Assembly: GCA_043808155.1 (NCBI GenBank)
Contig: JAZDFD010000014.1
Span: 1 to 64,000, forward strand
Direction: 5' to 3'
Source of the DNA: Candidatus Iainarchaeum sp.
GTDB taxonomy: Archaea > Iainarchaeota > Iainarchaeia > Iainarchaeales > JAZDFD01
DNA length: 64,000 bases
A program made the translations under genes and the position numbers. Of the stretch, positions 36,712-47,237 are shown in pieces (the first letter of the stretch is position 1; each line of letters opens with the position of its first letter). The notes beneath the pieces were generated by a model. It saw only the letters and a list, made by a program, of their open reading frames with translations. It searched no databases and was not told the origin of the DNA.

Positions 36712-37902
36712 ATGAAACCAGCAATTGAAGGCGGAAAACCAGTAAGAGGGCAGTATCTCGTATTTGGTAACCCAGAGATTCAGCAGGAAGAAATAGACGA
36801 AGTTATAGACTCAATGAAAAGCGGCTGGCTTGGAACAGGCCCAAAAGTGAGAAAATTCGAGGAGAATTTCCAAAACTACATTGGTTGTAAACATGCAAAA
36901 GCGTTAAACTCCTGTACTGCGGGTTTACATCTCTCACAGCTTGTTTCAGGAATAAAACCAGGGGATGAAGTAATCACAACTCCATTAACTTTTGCCTCAA
37001 CTGCAAATACAATTATTCATGCTGGTGCAACTCCAATTTTCGCAGATATTGAAAAAGAAACAATGAACATCTCCCCTGATGAAATTGAAAAGAAAATAAC
37101 TAAAAAAACAAAAGCAATAATTCCTGTGCACATGTGTGGCAGACCCTGTAATATGGATGCCATTAATGAAATTGCAATTAAGCACAATTTAATTGTTATC
37201 GAAGATGCGGCACACGCTGTAGAAGCAAAATACAGAGGAAAAAAGATTGGTAACATCTCCCCCTTAACTTGTTTTAGTTTTTATGTTACAAAAAATGTTG
37301 TTACTGGCGAAGGCGGAATGGTTACGACAAATAATTCTGAATGGGCTCAAGAAATTGAAAAATATGCTTTACATGGTTTGAGTAAGGGCGCATGGGAACG
37401 CTACTCTGATAAAGGCTTCAAACATTATCAAGTGTTACTCCCTGGTTATAAATACAATATGATGGATTTGCAGGCCGCAATTGGTTTGCATCAACTTGAG
37501 CGTGTGGAGAACAACCTTAAAAAACGCGAAAAAATTTGGAAAAAATATGATGATGCATTTGCAAATCTCCCATTGCAAACACCGGCACATGTGGAGAAAA
37601 ACACAACTCATGCGCGGCACCTTTACACAATCCTCTTAGATATTAAAAAGCTCAATAAAGACAGAGATTTCATCCAAGACGCACTGCATCGTGAAAATAT
37701 AGGGACAGGAATTCATTTTATTTCATTGCATCTGCACAAATTTTACAGGGAAAAATTCAACTTCTCACAAAAAGATTTCCCAAATGCAAATTATATTTCT
37801 GAAAGAACTATTTCACTGCCACTTTCACCAAAACTAAATGATAAAGATGTTGAAAATGTGATTGAATCAGTGAGAAAAGTTTTAAATTATTACGAAAGAT
37901 AG
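36712..37902 (+). CDS. DegT/DnrJ/EryC1/StrS family sugar aminotransferase
   Basis: NSCTAGLH, IEDAAHA and FSFYVTKNVVTGEGG (PLP lysine). Confidence 0.93.
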   Translation: MKPAIEGGKPVRGQYLVFGNPEIQQEEIDEVIDSMKSGWLGTGPKVRKFEENFQNYIGCKHAKALNSCTAGLHLSQLVSGIKPGDEVITTPLTFASTANTIIHAGATPIFADIEKETMNISPDEIEKKITKKTKAIIPVHMCGRPCNMDAINEIAIKHNLIVIEDAAHAVEAKYRGKKIGNISPLTCFSFYVTKNVVTGEGGMVTTNNSEWAQEIEKYALHGLSKGAWERYSDKGFKHYQVLLPGYKYNMMDLQAAIGLHQLERVENNLKKREKIWKKYDDAFANLPLQTPAHVEKNTTHARHLYTILLDIKKLNKDRDFIQDALHRENIGTGIHFISLHLHKFYREKFNFSQKDFPNANYISERTISLPLSPKLNDKDVENVIESVRKVLNYYER

Positions 37903-37910
37903 GTTTTTAC

Positions 37911-38621
37911 ATGGTTTTTGGAGTAAGTTTAGTTGTACCATGCTACAACGAAGAAACAATCATTGAAAAATCAGTTTTAAAAATCCAAAAAGTGTTTGAA
38001 AAAAAAGGCTACAACTATGAAATACTTCTGATCGATGATAAAAGTAAAGATTTCACAAAACAAATAATTCAAAGACTTTCTAAAACCAACCCGAGAATAA
38101 AATCTATGTTTCATTCACAAAACCAGGGCCGAGGCCAAACAGTAAAAGATGGGATAAATGTATCAAAGCATAATATTGTTGGATTTATAGACATTGACCT
38201 TGAAATAGCAGCAGAATATCTTCCAAAGGCAATAGAACAAATTCAGAAGGGTTTTGATGTTTGTATAGGCGTTAGACATTACCAACGCGGATTGAGAACA
38301 TTGCACAGAGCTATTTTAAGCAAAGGCTACAGTTTTATGAGCAGAGCTATTTTAAATCTTCCATTAAAAGATACTGAATCTGGTTTAAAATTCTTCAATA
38401 AGAAAACAACAATGAAAATTCTCAAAGAAACTCAGAACAAACATTGGTTTTGGGATACTGAAATAATGGCACTTGCATATTATTCCGGACTTAAAATAAG
38501 TGAAATAGATGTTATTTTTGAAAAGAATTATGAGAGTCCTTCAACAGTTAATATATTTTCAGATAGTTTTGATTATTTTAATGAACTTATTAAGTTTCGA
38601 AAAAGAATAAAAAAGAAGTGA
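37911..38621 (+). CDS. GT2 glycosyltransferase (polyprenol-phosphate glycosyltransferase type)
   Basis: VVPCYNEE, IDDKSKD, NQGRG, DID, DTESGLK and WFWDTE. Confidence 0.88.
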   Translation: MVFGVSLVVPCYNEETIIEKSVLKIQKVFEKKGYNYEILLIDDKSKDFTKQIIQRLSKTNPRIKSMFHSQNQGRGQTVKDGINVSKHNIVGFIDIDLEIAAEYLPKAIEQIQKGFDVCIGVRHYQRGLRTLHRAILSKGYSFMSRAILNLPLKDTESGLKFFNKKTTMKILKETQNKHWFWDTEIMALAYYSGLKISEIDVIFEKNYESPSTVNIFSDSFDYFNELIKFRKRIKKK

Positions 38622-38645
38622 AATAGACCTTGAGGGGTTTGTAAA

Positions 38646-39392
38646 ATGAGAAATGGAAATAACTCTTTGTTTGAACGATTTGAAAAAACTAGTAGAACAA
38701 ATTGGTGGTATATTGCAAGATTAGAACTTATAACACAAATTTTTAAGGATTTTTACAAAGGAAAGAAAATTTTAGATCTCTGTGGAGGAGTTGCATCTGT
38801 CCCTGAAATTTCCTTAGAAAAAGGTTTTGTTCTTTTAGATTCTTCAAATGAAGCAGTGGGCTACTGTAAATCAAAAAACATTAATGCACTTGAAGGAGAT
38901 GCTACAAAAATTCCATTTGGAGAACGCAGTTTTGATGTTGTTTTAGCATTAGATGCTCTTGAGCATATTCCAGATGATGCAAAAGCACTTTCTGAAATAT
39001 ACCGGATTATCAAAAAAGATGGTAGAGTATTAATAAGTGTTCCTGCTTTCCAAAGTCTTTGGAGACAATCAGATTTAGATGCAGGTCATTTAAGAAGATA
39101 CTCAAAAAAAGAAATCATTAACAAAATTGAAAAAGCAGGATTTAAAGCTGAGAAAATTTTTTACTGGAATTTTTTCCTGTTTTTTCCACTTTGGATAAAA
39201 ACTAAACTAGAGGTGAAACCAAAGAAAAGAAAGGTATCTCAACACGAAGTGATTTTTGGGGACGAACTAGAGGTAAACAAAGTGTCAAATAAAATTTTAC
39301 TTTCGCTTCTGAGAGTTGAAAATTTTCTTATAAGAAATAAATTGAATTTTCCTTTTGGAGTCTCCTTATTTCTATATTTAAAAAAAATCTAA
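38646..39392 (+). CDS. class I SAM-dependent methyltransferase
   Basis: ILDLCGG, DALEHIPDD, VPAF..LW...D..AGHLRRY. Confidence 0.85.
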   Translation: MRNGNNSLFERFEKTSRTNWWYIARLELITQIFKDFYKGKKILDLCGGVASVPEISLEKGFVLLDSSNEAVGYCKSKNINALEGDATKIPFGERSFDVVLALDALEHIPDDAKALSEIYRIIKKDGRVLISVPAFQSLWRQSDLDAGHLRRYSKKEIINKIEKAGFKAEKIFYWNFFLFFPLWIKTKLEVKPKKRKVSQHEVIFGDELEVNKVSNKILLSLLRVENFLIRNKLNFPFGVSLFLYLKKI

Positions 39393-40346
39393 AGAAAAGT
39401 GCTTTTTTGTTGTACTGAATACTATCGCTCCGATTAATGCCATGAACCAATAACTAACCGTAACATATAGAAGTGAATATGCGACTATTGTTTCAGCAGA
39501 TATTGGGTAAAAAGAAAACACAAAGAGCATTGCAGCCTCTCTCGTACCTAAGCCGGAAATAGTTATTGGAACAAGCTCAATAAGTGTAACTATCGGGACA
39601 ACAATTGCCATAAAATAAAAAGGCACATTATCGACTCCAAGTGATAACAACAAAAAATAGGCCATACAAATTACTAAAAACCAACTTAAAAGTGAAATAA
39701 AAATAGAAAAAACTACAAGCCCCCTGTGTTTATTTGTTATGCTTAAAGAATCGTAAAATGAATTATAGCTAACTGCTAGTTTTGGTTTATGTTTTTCTGG
39801 AACGAGTACATTAACTAGTGGTTTTAGCAATTTTTTTAAATAATGCTGACGCATAACGACAATAACTGCAATCATAAAAATAAAAATCCCCAAAAATAAA
39901 ACTTCCAACGGAAGTACCACCACTCCAAATAAAAAAGAAAAAACAAGTATTGATACAACTCCCAAACAAATTAAAATTCCTATATCAATTATTCTATCCA
40001 ACACAACAGAAGAAAAAGCAGTTGATTTTGATTTAATTTCCTCTCCTGCATAAAATACTCTTAATAAATCCCCTGCTCTTGCGGGTGTAAACACACTTGC
40101 AAAAAAACCTATTAAAAAAAAGTTAATGCATTTTTTAAGTGACATTTGCGAACCATGAGCTTTTATCAACTGTTGCCACTTAAAAGCCTTTAGAATAATC
40201 GCAGTTATTACTAACACTAAGACTACAAATAAGTAAAACAAATTAATCTGGGAAAAAATCTCAATAAGTCGTGGTATGTTAATGTTTAGGAGTATGAAAA
40301 TGAAAAGCGCAATCCCAATCAGTGCAAAATATTTTTTCAAAGCCAT
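39378..40346 (-). CDS. lysylphosphatidylglycerol synthase TM-domain / flippase-like membrane protein
   Basis: KW..L, TPARAGD..R, DRIID and PITISGLGTRE motifs. Confidence 0.85.
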   Translation of the reverse strand: MALKKYFALIGIALFIFILLNINIPRLIEIFSQINLFYLFVVLVLVITAIILKAFKWQQLIKAHGSQMSLKKCINFFLIGFFASVFTPARAGDLLRVFYAGEEIKSKSTAFSSVVLDRIIDIGILICLGVVSILVFSFLFGVVVLPLEVLFLGIFIFMIAVIVVMRQHYLKKLLKPLVNVLVPEKHKPKLAVSYNSFYDSLSITNKHRGLVVFSIFISLLSWFLVICMAYFLLLSLGVDNVPFYFMAIVVPIVTLIELVPITISGLGTREAAMLFVFSFYPISAETIVAYSLLYVTVSYWFMALIGAIVFSTTKKHFSLDFF

Positions 40347-40353
40347 TTTAACA

Positions 40354-41652
40354 CTACAAATCAAGTATTATAAATAAATAAAAACCATACGCCCAGGCTG
40401 TAATTAAAACCAAATAAGTAAAAGCCATTGCCGCAAACTTTCGGTCTAATTTAATTTTTCCCAGTATTTCCTTCCAGTTCACTACTGTAAACGCAGAAAA
40501 TAGCATCACAATTGGCATTATTTGAATATGATATCTCTGTTCAGCATGCACTACTATATACAGCAAGATAAAATAAATCATAAATAAAAATAACATAAGC
40601 CTGTTTTTGGGTTCAGAATAAAATAATGCCGGGATTGCAAGCAGCATTACAGCAACAAAGAAAAGTATTGTGTAATATCCAAAAGAAACATAAATAGGGT
40701 CATTTGAAAGCCCATCATAATACTTATCGCTAGTGTCCGCTCCTAAGCTATAGGTTTCTACCCAGAAAAATAATACAAGCCGTATCCAACTATCGGAAAT
40801 AAACTTCACAGGGTTTGAAATAATGTAAGATGCACCCAGAATATACCCATTTTCATTGCTTCTGCCATCACTTATTGCGTCTATTCTTTCTATAGTCTCA
40901 GGAGACAATTTATTATTGTATATTTGATCGGCTTCAGGATTGTTAAACATGTAAAAAGCCCATTCGCTTGTAGCATCTAAGAAAATAAACTTGTTAAATT
41001 GCGAATAAAGATACGCAATATAAGGCATTGTTAAAACTAATCCGATTATTACAATTACTGCTACTTTACGCAAATCAATTTTTTTTCTAAGATAAAGTAC
41101 TATTGGAATAATTAAAAAAAATCCTTTTGCAGCGCTTCTTATTAAAACATTCAAACCTAATAAAAGTCCTGCAATTGCTGATTTTTTGTAATTTATTTCT
41201 CCCGAACTAAATATTAAAAGTAAAGTAAAAAAGAAAAGGAATAAAGTTTCTGTAAGAATTAAATCAGCAAATAAAACAGAATAACCATAAATTGCCCACA
41301 ACACGCCTGCTACAACACCAACTTTCTCGTTAAAAATTTTACTTCCCAAAACAAAAACAAGTACTGCAGTCATTGCCCCAATTAAATGTTGGATAAATTT
41401 CATTGCAAGAATATTTTTTCCAAAAAAAATAGTTATCAACCACAAAAATGCAGGATATCCTGGGGTCCAGGAAAGTAAGACTGACGGGTCTACGTATCCT
41501 CCCTGGAAAAGTGCCCCTGCAATCTGAAAATACCTTTGCCCATCGCCAAAAAGATTTTCATTTGAAAAGAGAAAGAAATAAACAAGTCTTACAACTAACG
41601 CTAATAAGAAAATCCCAAGCATTAATTTAACTCTCTTATCACAAAACTTCAT
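40354..41652 (-). CDS. ArnT/PMT-like GT-C membrane glycosyltransferase
   Basis: ALVVRL, GDGQRY, PGYPAFL, ILTETLF and EQRY; many TM segments. Confidence 0.8.
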   Translation of the reverse strand: MKFCDKRVKLMLGIFLLALVVRLVYFFLFSNENLFGDGQRYFQIAGALFQGGYVDPSVLLSWTPGYPAFLWLITIFFGKNILAMKFIQHLIGAMTAVLVFVLGSKIFNEKVGVVAGVLWAIYGYSVLFADLILTETLFLFFFTLLLIFSSGEINYKKSAIAGLLLGLNVLIRSAAKGFFLIIPIVLYLRKKIDLRKVAVIVIIGLVLTMPYIAYLYSQFNKFIFLDATSEWAFYMFNNPEADQIYNNKLSPETIERIDAISDGRSNENGYILGASYIISNPVKFISDSWIRLVLFFWVETYSLGADTSDKYYDGLSNDPIYVSFGYYTILFFVAVMLLAIPALFYSEPKNRLMLFLFMIYFILLYIVVHAEQRYHIQIMPIVMLFSAFTVVNWKEILGKIKLDRKFAAMAFTYLVLITAWAYGFYLFIILDL

Positions 41653-42602
41653 TCTTTCACCTCAACATCATCAATAATTCCATCACCATCCAAATCTAAT
41701 CCTTCAACTACTTTTGCAGTTTTTGTGCCATCAAAAAGATTTGGTTTAATGATGTCATCCAGATGTTTGAATAATGCAACAATTGCTGCTTTTGTCCCTG
41801 CGTTTCGTTTTCCCGCAATAACAAGAATACTTTTATCTTTAAAATAAGGATGGTGTATTTTTTCAATAATTCCTGTTGAATCTTCAACATATTCTTTTCC
41901 TGAAATTTCTGATTTTATTACCCAGTGCCCCCCGCTTGGTTCAAATCTTAAATCAAGATGCTGATTTAATTCATCTGTAAGTTTATTTGTAACTGGACCG
42001 CCGACAATTATCAGATTAGAATCAAAAGTTTCCAAACTCGGAACATTTGTATCAAGTGTGATTATTGGATATTTGAAACTTTTAGAAAATACTCCAAAAA
42101 ATGCGGCTAACTCAACTGCTAAATGCCCGTCACGTGCACGTGCTTTGTATTGGCCGTGTGGGTCTGGAGAACCAATTGCAATCTGTGCTGAGAATTCTTT
42201 GTTATGTATAAATGGATGTAAAAAATCTGCAACATCCTGGCTTGTTTCTTTTTCTGAATCAGAAAAGTCAAATACATCTTTTCCTTTATCAATATTCGCA
42301 ATGAGTGAAAACGCATCGTATTTGGCAGAATAGAATTTCGCTAATCCGCCCTGAACTTCCTCAGTTTTATTTACTTCCACAAGTCCTGCTTTCTTCATTT
42401 GACCAATATAATAGTACACTTTTTGCTCACCAAGGTTAACTTTTTTGGCTATCTGGGCAGGATATGATGGGTTTTCAGCTATGGTTCTGTAAATTTTCCA
42501 TGCCTGTTCATTGAGCAGAGGCTTTATCTCGCCAACAGAGCGCACAATATGACTATTAACCTTGAATTTTTTACCTTTTTCCTCTGTTACAACATAGCTC
42601 AT
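41649..42602 (-). CDS. winged-HTH regulator with C-terminal alpha/beta domain
   Basis: YPAQIAKKV..GEQKVYYYI..MKKAGLV HTH; GSPDPHG, IVGGPVTN, VIAG...GT; DLDGDG C-terminus. Confidence 0.75.
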   Translation of the reverse strand: MSYVVTEEKGKKFKVNSHIVRSVGEIKPLLNEQAWKIYRTIAENPSYPAQIAKKVNLGEQKVYYYIGQMKKAGLVEVNKTEEVQGGLAKFYSAKYDAFSLIANIDKGKDVFDFSDSEKETSQDVADFLHPFIHNKEFSAQIAIGSPDPHGQYKARARDGHLAVELAAFFGVFSKSFKYPIITLDTNVPSLETFDSNLIIVGGPVTNKLTDELNQHLDLRFEPSGGHWVIKSEISGKEYVEDSTGIIEKIHHPYFKDKSILVIAGKRNAGTKAAIVALFKHLDDIIKPNLFDGTKTAKVVEGLDLDGDGIIDDVEVKE

Positions 42603-42736
42603 AATTATACCCTTTTTAATTGTTTAAAACCACTATTAATATTTTCATATATATATTAAGAAATATTTAAAAACATACCCGTCTACACTCTTTACTAATA
42701 TATAGAGTATAATAGTGATTCTAATAGTGACTTTTT

Positions 42737-44542
42737 ATGTGCGGAATTGTAGGATATAGGGGTTTTAGAAATGCCTCTGAAATAGTTGTTTCTGGATTGA
42801 AATCTCTTGAATATAGGGGTTATGATTCATGGGGCATCGCAATCCGTGAAAATGGGAAAACAATTATCCGAAAGAATATTGGTGAAATTTCAAAAGCGGA
42901 TTTTTCAGAACTCCCTGAAAGTAAAATTGCAATTGGACACACACGCTGGGCAACCCATGGTGGCGTAACTGATTTTAACGCACATCCGCATTCTGATTCC
43001 AAAAATGAAATCACTGTTGTCCACAACGGAATCATTGAAAATTATTCTGAATTAAGAAATGAACTGAAATTAAAAAATCACGTTTTCAAATCAGACACCG
43101 ATACAGAAGTAATCCCTCATTTGATTGAAGAAATTATGCAGACAGACAAAATTTCACTTGAAGATGCAGTAAAAAAATCACTAAAACTTTTGGAAGGAAG
43201 TTTCGCATTACTTGTAATGTACAAAAATGATTTAATTGCAGCAAGAAAAGAATCCCCTTTGGTTTTGGGAATTGGAAAAAATGAATTTTTTATCGCATCA
43301 GATGTTACTGCATTTTTACCATACACAAAAGAAGCAATTTTTATAGAAGACATGGAATTAGTAACTATAAAAGAAAATTCAGAACCTGAATTTTTCAATT
43401 TTGAAGAAAACAAATCAGTTTCAAAAAAGTCTCAAATAATTTCATGGAACTCAGAAGAAGCACAGAAAGCAGGTTTCCCGCATTTCATGCTTAAGGAAAT
43501 TTTTGAACAGCCTTCTGCATTAAAAAATTCATTCGCTGAACGCATTAAAAACTCCGAAGTGAATTTTCCAGAACTTTCAGCTTCAGATTTTTCCGGAATT
43601 AAAAGAATTGTAATAATCGCATGCGGAACATCATACCATGCAGGACTCACAGCAGAGTATTTCTTTGAATCACTTTCAAAAATTCCGACAGAAGTTGAAT
43701 TTGCTTCAGAATTCAGATACAGACATCCGTTGATTTCTGATTCAGACCTTGTTATTGCAATCTCCCAAAGCGGAGAAACCGCAGATACATTAGCAGCACT
43801 GCGTGAAGCAAAAAAATTAGGTGCAAAAACATTGGGAATCGTAAATGCAGTTGGAACAACAATTGCACGTGAATGTGACAATGTGCTTTACACTTATGCT
43901 GGTCCTGAAATTGGTGTTGCATCAACAAAAGCTTTCACTACTCAGCTTTCAGTTCTTTTCATGCTTTCACTTTATTTTGCAGAAAAAAGAAATTCAATTT
44001 CAGAAACAGAAGTTTCAAAATTAATTTCTGAATTCCAAATACTCCCCGAAAAAATTAAACAAACTCTTTCAGAAAAAGATTCCGTAATTAAAGTTGCTTC
44101 AGAATATTACAGAAAACACAGCGCACTTTATTTAGGGCGTGGATTGAATTATCCCATTGCATTAGAAGGTGCTTTGAAATTGAAGGAAATCTCATATTTA
44201 CATTCAGAAGGCACTTCTGCAGCAGAGATGAAACACGGGCCAATTGCATTAATTGATGAGGAAATGCCCACTGTGTTCATTATTCCGGAAGATTCATACT
44301 TCAAAAAGAATCTTTCAAATATACAGGAAATTAAAGCAAGAAAAGGACAAATAATTGCAGTTTCCTCAGCTGAGAAAATTGAACTTGCAGATTCCCTTCT
44401 AAAAATTCCAAAAACAAATGATTATTTATATCCCTTTTTAACAGTAATTCCCTTACAATTACTTTCATATTACATTGCAGACATGAGAGGTTGCAGTATT
44501 GACAAACCAAGGAATTTAGCAAAATCAGTAACCGTTGAGTGA
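42737..44542 (+). CDS. glmS: glutamine-fructose-6-phosphate transaminase
   Basis: MCGIVG, HTRWATHG, SQSGETADT and PRNLAKSVTVE. Confidence 0.97.
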   Translation: MCGIVGYRGFRNASEIVVSGLKSLEYRGYDSWGIAIRENGKTIIRKNIGEISKADFSELPESKIAIGHTRWATHGGVTDFNAHPHSDSKNEITVVHNGIIENYSELRNELKLKNHVFKSDTDTEVIPHLIEEIMQTDKISLEDAVKKSLKLLEGSFALLVMYKNDLIAARKESPLVLGIGKNEFFIASDVTAFLPYTKEAIFIEDMELVTIKENSEPEFFNFEENKSVSKKSQIISWNSEEAQKAGFPHFMLKEIFEQPSALKNSFAERIKNSEVNFPELSASDFSGIKRIVIIACGTSYHAGLTAEYFFESLSKIPTEVEFASEFRYRHPLISDSDLVIAISQSGETADTLAALREAKKLGAKTLGIVNAVGTTIARECDNVLYTYAGPEIGVASTKAFTTQLSVLFMLSLYFAEKRNSISETEVSKLISEFQILPEKIKQTLSEKDSVIKVASEYYRKHSALYLGRGLNYPIALEGALKLKEISYLHSEGTSAAEMKHGPIALIDEEMPTVFIIPEDSYFKKNLSNIQEIKARKGQIIAVSSAEKIELADSLLKIPKTNDYLYPFLTVIPLQLLSYYIADMRGCSIDKPRNLAKSVTVE

Positions 44543-45183
44543 GTTTTATGAAGAGCGTAGTTTTTGATATGGATGGTGTGATAATAAAATCTGAGACATT
44601 TCACAGAGTAGCAACAACAGAAGCACTTAGACTTTACGGAATTGAACGTGAAAAAAAACCTGAAATAAAACTGCGTGGACGGCCTTTGATTGATTCAATG
44701 TCTGCAATTGTTGATTATTACAAAGTTGAAGATGATGCGCAGACTTTCCTGCGCAAAAGAAATGAAATCTTCTATAAATCACTTTCAGAAAATGATATTG
44801 CAATGCCCGGCGTTCTTGATTTAATAAAAAAACTTAAAGCAAAAAAAGTGAAAATTGCATTAGGCACAAGTGCAACTCGTGATTTAGCAGATTTTGCAAT
44901 TAAAAAACTAAATTTAGAAACTTCGTTTTCTGCGATTGCGACATTTGATGATGTTTTGGAAGGAAAACCCTCGCCAGATATTTATCTGAAAGCAGCTGAA
45001 TTACTGAATGAAGAACCTTCAAACTGCATTGCAATAGAAGATGCTGACCTTGGAATTCAGGCAGCAAAATCCGCAGGAATGACTGCTGTTGGTTTCAAAA
45101 GTCCTGAATCTTTTGGAGAAACTCTTGAACAGGCAGATTATATAATAAATTCTTTTGATGAATTTGATTTTGGATGGTTGTAA
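44539..45183 (+). CDS. HAD-family phosphatase (beta-PGM-like)
   Basis: FDMDGV, GKPSPDIY and IED..GIQAAKSAGM. Confidence 0.9.
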   Translation: MSFMKSVVFDMDGVIIKSETFHRVATTEALRLYGIEREKKPEIKLRGRPLIDSMSAIVDYYKVEDDAQTFLRKRNEIFYKSLSENDIAMPGVLDLIKKLKAKKVKIALGTSATRDLADFAIKKLNLETSFSAIATFDDVLEGKPSPDIYLKAAELLNEEPSNCIAIEDADLGIQAAKSAGMTAVGFKSPESFGETLEQADYIINSFDEFDFGWL

Positions 45184-45197
45184 TTTTGGGTAACTGA

Positions 45198-46562
45198 GTG
45201 ATTAAAATGAAACAACAAAAACTCTTCGGAACTGACGGGATAAGAGGAAAAGCAAATGTTTATCCCATGACTTCGGAAACAATAATGAAAATCGGAAAAG
45301 CAACTGCGGTTTATGCAAAAAGCAAGAACTCAAAACAAAAACACAGTATTGTTATTGGGAAAGATACGCGCTTGTCAGGTTATATGTTTGAAAATGCTTT
45401 AACTTCCGGAATTGTTTCAATGGGCGTTGATGTAATTTTAGTTGGACCTGTTCCAACACCTGCAATTGCTTTACTTACAAAATCTCTGAATTGCGATGCA
45501 GGTATAATGCTCAGTGCATCACATAACCCTGCAGAAGATAATGGTTTGAAAATATTTGCAGAAGATGGTTTTAAATTGAATGATGATGCTGAAGCAAAAA
45601 TTGAAGAAATGGTTCTTTCAGATTCTGAATTAGAAGGCGCAAAACCTTCGGAGATTGGAAAAGCGTCAAGGATAGATGATGCAAAAGGACGTTATATTGA
45701 ATATGTTAAATCAACAATAAAGAATGAATCTCTTCAGGGGCTCAAAATTGTTTTAGACTGCGCAAATGGAGCTGCTTACTCAATTGCACCAAATGTATTT
45801 TCTGAATTAGGTGCAGAAGTATTTGTTCTTCACAATAAACCAAATGGAATAAACATAAATAAAGAATGTGGTGCGTTACATCCTGAATCAATGCAGAAAA
45901 TGGTTTCAAAAATTGATGCAAATATTGGGATTGCATTAGACGGCGACTCAGACAGAGTTGTATTTGCAGATGAAAAAGGAACTCTTGTGGATGGAAATAA
46001 AATAATTGCATTATGTGCGAGATATTTAAAAGAAAAAAACAAACTTCGTGAAAACACAGTTGTTGCAACAAAAATGGCAAACATTGGTTTTGATATTGCA
46101 ATGAAAAAGTTAGGAATTGCAGTAATAAAAACCGATGTTGGTGACCGCTATGTCTTAGCTGAAGTTCGTGACAGAAATCTCTCACTTGGCGGGGAACCAA
46201 ATGGACACATTCTTTTCTATGATTACTCAAATACTGACGATGGCATTTTAGTTGCTCTTCAGATTCTGAATATCATGAAAAAAACAAATCAGGCACTTTC
46301 CGAACTTACAAATTTCATAAAAATTTATCCTGAAATTTTAGTGAACATAAACGTTTCCGAGAAAAAACCATTTGAGCACATGGTATCTGTGATGAAAAAA
46401 ATAAATGACTGGGAAACAAAAATCCCCAATGGCAGAATATTTGTCCGTTACTCCGGAACAGAAAACCTTGCACGCGTGTTAGTAGAAGCACAAACTCAAG
46501 AACTTGCAGAACAAATTGCAAACTCAATTGCAGATGAAATAAAAAAAGAGGTTGGTTTATGA
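45198..46562 (+). CDS. glmM: phosphoglucosamine mutase
   Basis: FGTDGIRG, GKDTRLSG, SASHNP, DGDSDR and RYSGTE. Confidence 0.95.
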   Translation: MIKMKQQKLFGTDGIRGKANVYPMTSETIMKIGKATAVYAKSKNSKQKHSIVIGKDTRLSGYMFENALTSGIVSMGVDVILVGPVPTPAIALLTKSLNCDAGIMLSASHNPAEDNGLKIFAEDGFKLNDDAEAKIEEMVLSDSELEGAKPSEIGKASRIDDAKGRYIEYVKSTIKNESLQGLKIVLDCANGAAYSIAPNVFSELGAEVFVLHNKPNGININKECGALHPESMQKMVSKIDANIGIALDGDSDRVVFADEKGTLVDGNKIIALCARYLKEKNKLRENTVVATKMANIGFDIAMKKLGIAVIKTDVGDRYVLAEVRDRNLSLGGEPNGHILFYDYSNTDDGILVALQILNIMKKTNQALSELTNFIKIYPEILVNINVSEKKPFEHMVSVMKKINDWETKIPNGRIFVRYSGTENLARVLVEAQTQELAEQIANSIADEIKKEVGL

Positions 46563-47191
46563 TGAGCGGGTTACTGAATCTGATTGCAGAACTTAAAAAA
46601 GAAATGCTTGAAAATGATGAATTTGAATTCTGGAGATATCTGGAACAAAGCGAAGAATTGATTAAAGAAATTTTCCCGCAAACAAAAGGAACTATTGAAG
46701 AAACTGTTTCAGTTAAAGGAACTCTTTTCTTAGGAAATGGAAGCGTAATAAAATCAGGGACACGTGTTGAAGGTTTTGTCACAATTGGTGACAATTGTAT
46801 TATCGGTCCAAATGCTTTCCTGCGCAATGGAACAGTTATTGAATCAAATTCACACATTGGAAACTGCGAAATAAAAAACTCAATCATTCTTAATCGTGCA
46901 AATATCCCTCACTTTTCCTATATTGGCGACAGCATAATCGGTGAAAACGTAAATTTCGGTGCTGGTTCAAAAGTTGCAAACCTCCGTTTTGATAACTCAA
47001 ATGTACAAGTCACAATTGATGGAATTAAAAAAGATTCAGGAAGAAGAAAACTTGGAACATTAGTAAACTCAGGAACAAAAATCGGATGCAACGCTGTTCT
47101 CAACGCAGGCATAATGATTGGAAAGAACTGCAAAATTTATCCCAACACGTTCCTGAACAGAAATTTAAAAAGCGGGGAAGCTTTCAAGTAA
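46559..47191 (+). CDS. stand-alone left-handed beta-helix acetyltransferase domain of archaeal GlmU
   Basis: IGPNAFLR, EIKNS, PHFSYIGDSIIG, ANLRFD and GRRKLG; no nucleotidyltransferase domain. Confidence 0.8.
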   Translation: MMSGLLNLIAELKKEMLENDEFEFWRYLEQSEELIKEIFPQTKGTIEETVSVKGTLFLGNGSVIKSGTRVEGFVTIGDNCIIGPNAFLRNGTVIESNSHIGNCEIKNSIILNRANIPHFSYIGDSIIGENVNFGAGSKVANLRFDNSNVQVTIDGIKKDSGRRKLGTLVNSGTKIGCNAVLNAGIMIGKNCKIYPNTFLNRNLKSGEAFK

Positions 47192-47211
47192 AAATAAAGT
47201 AATATGAAAAA

Positions 47212-47237
47212 TCATTTGTAAAACACCTCTGGTTCTG
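47212..47237. repeat. 26-bp direct repeat, copy at gene stop
   Basis: tcatttgtaaaacacctctggttctg, identical to 48942-48967. Confidence 0.95.
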
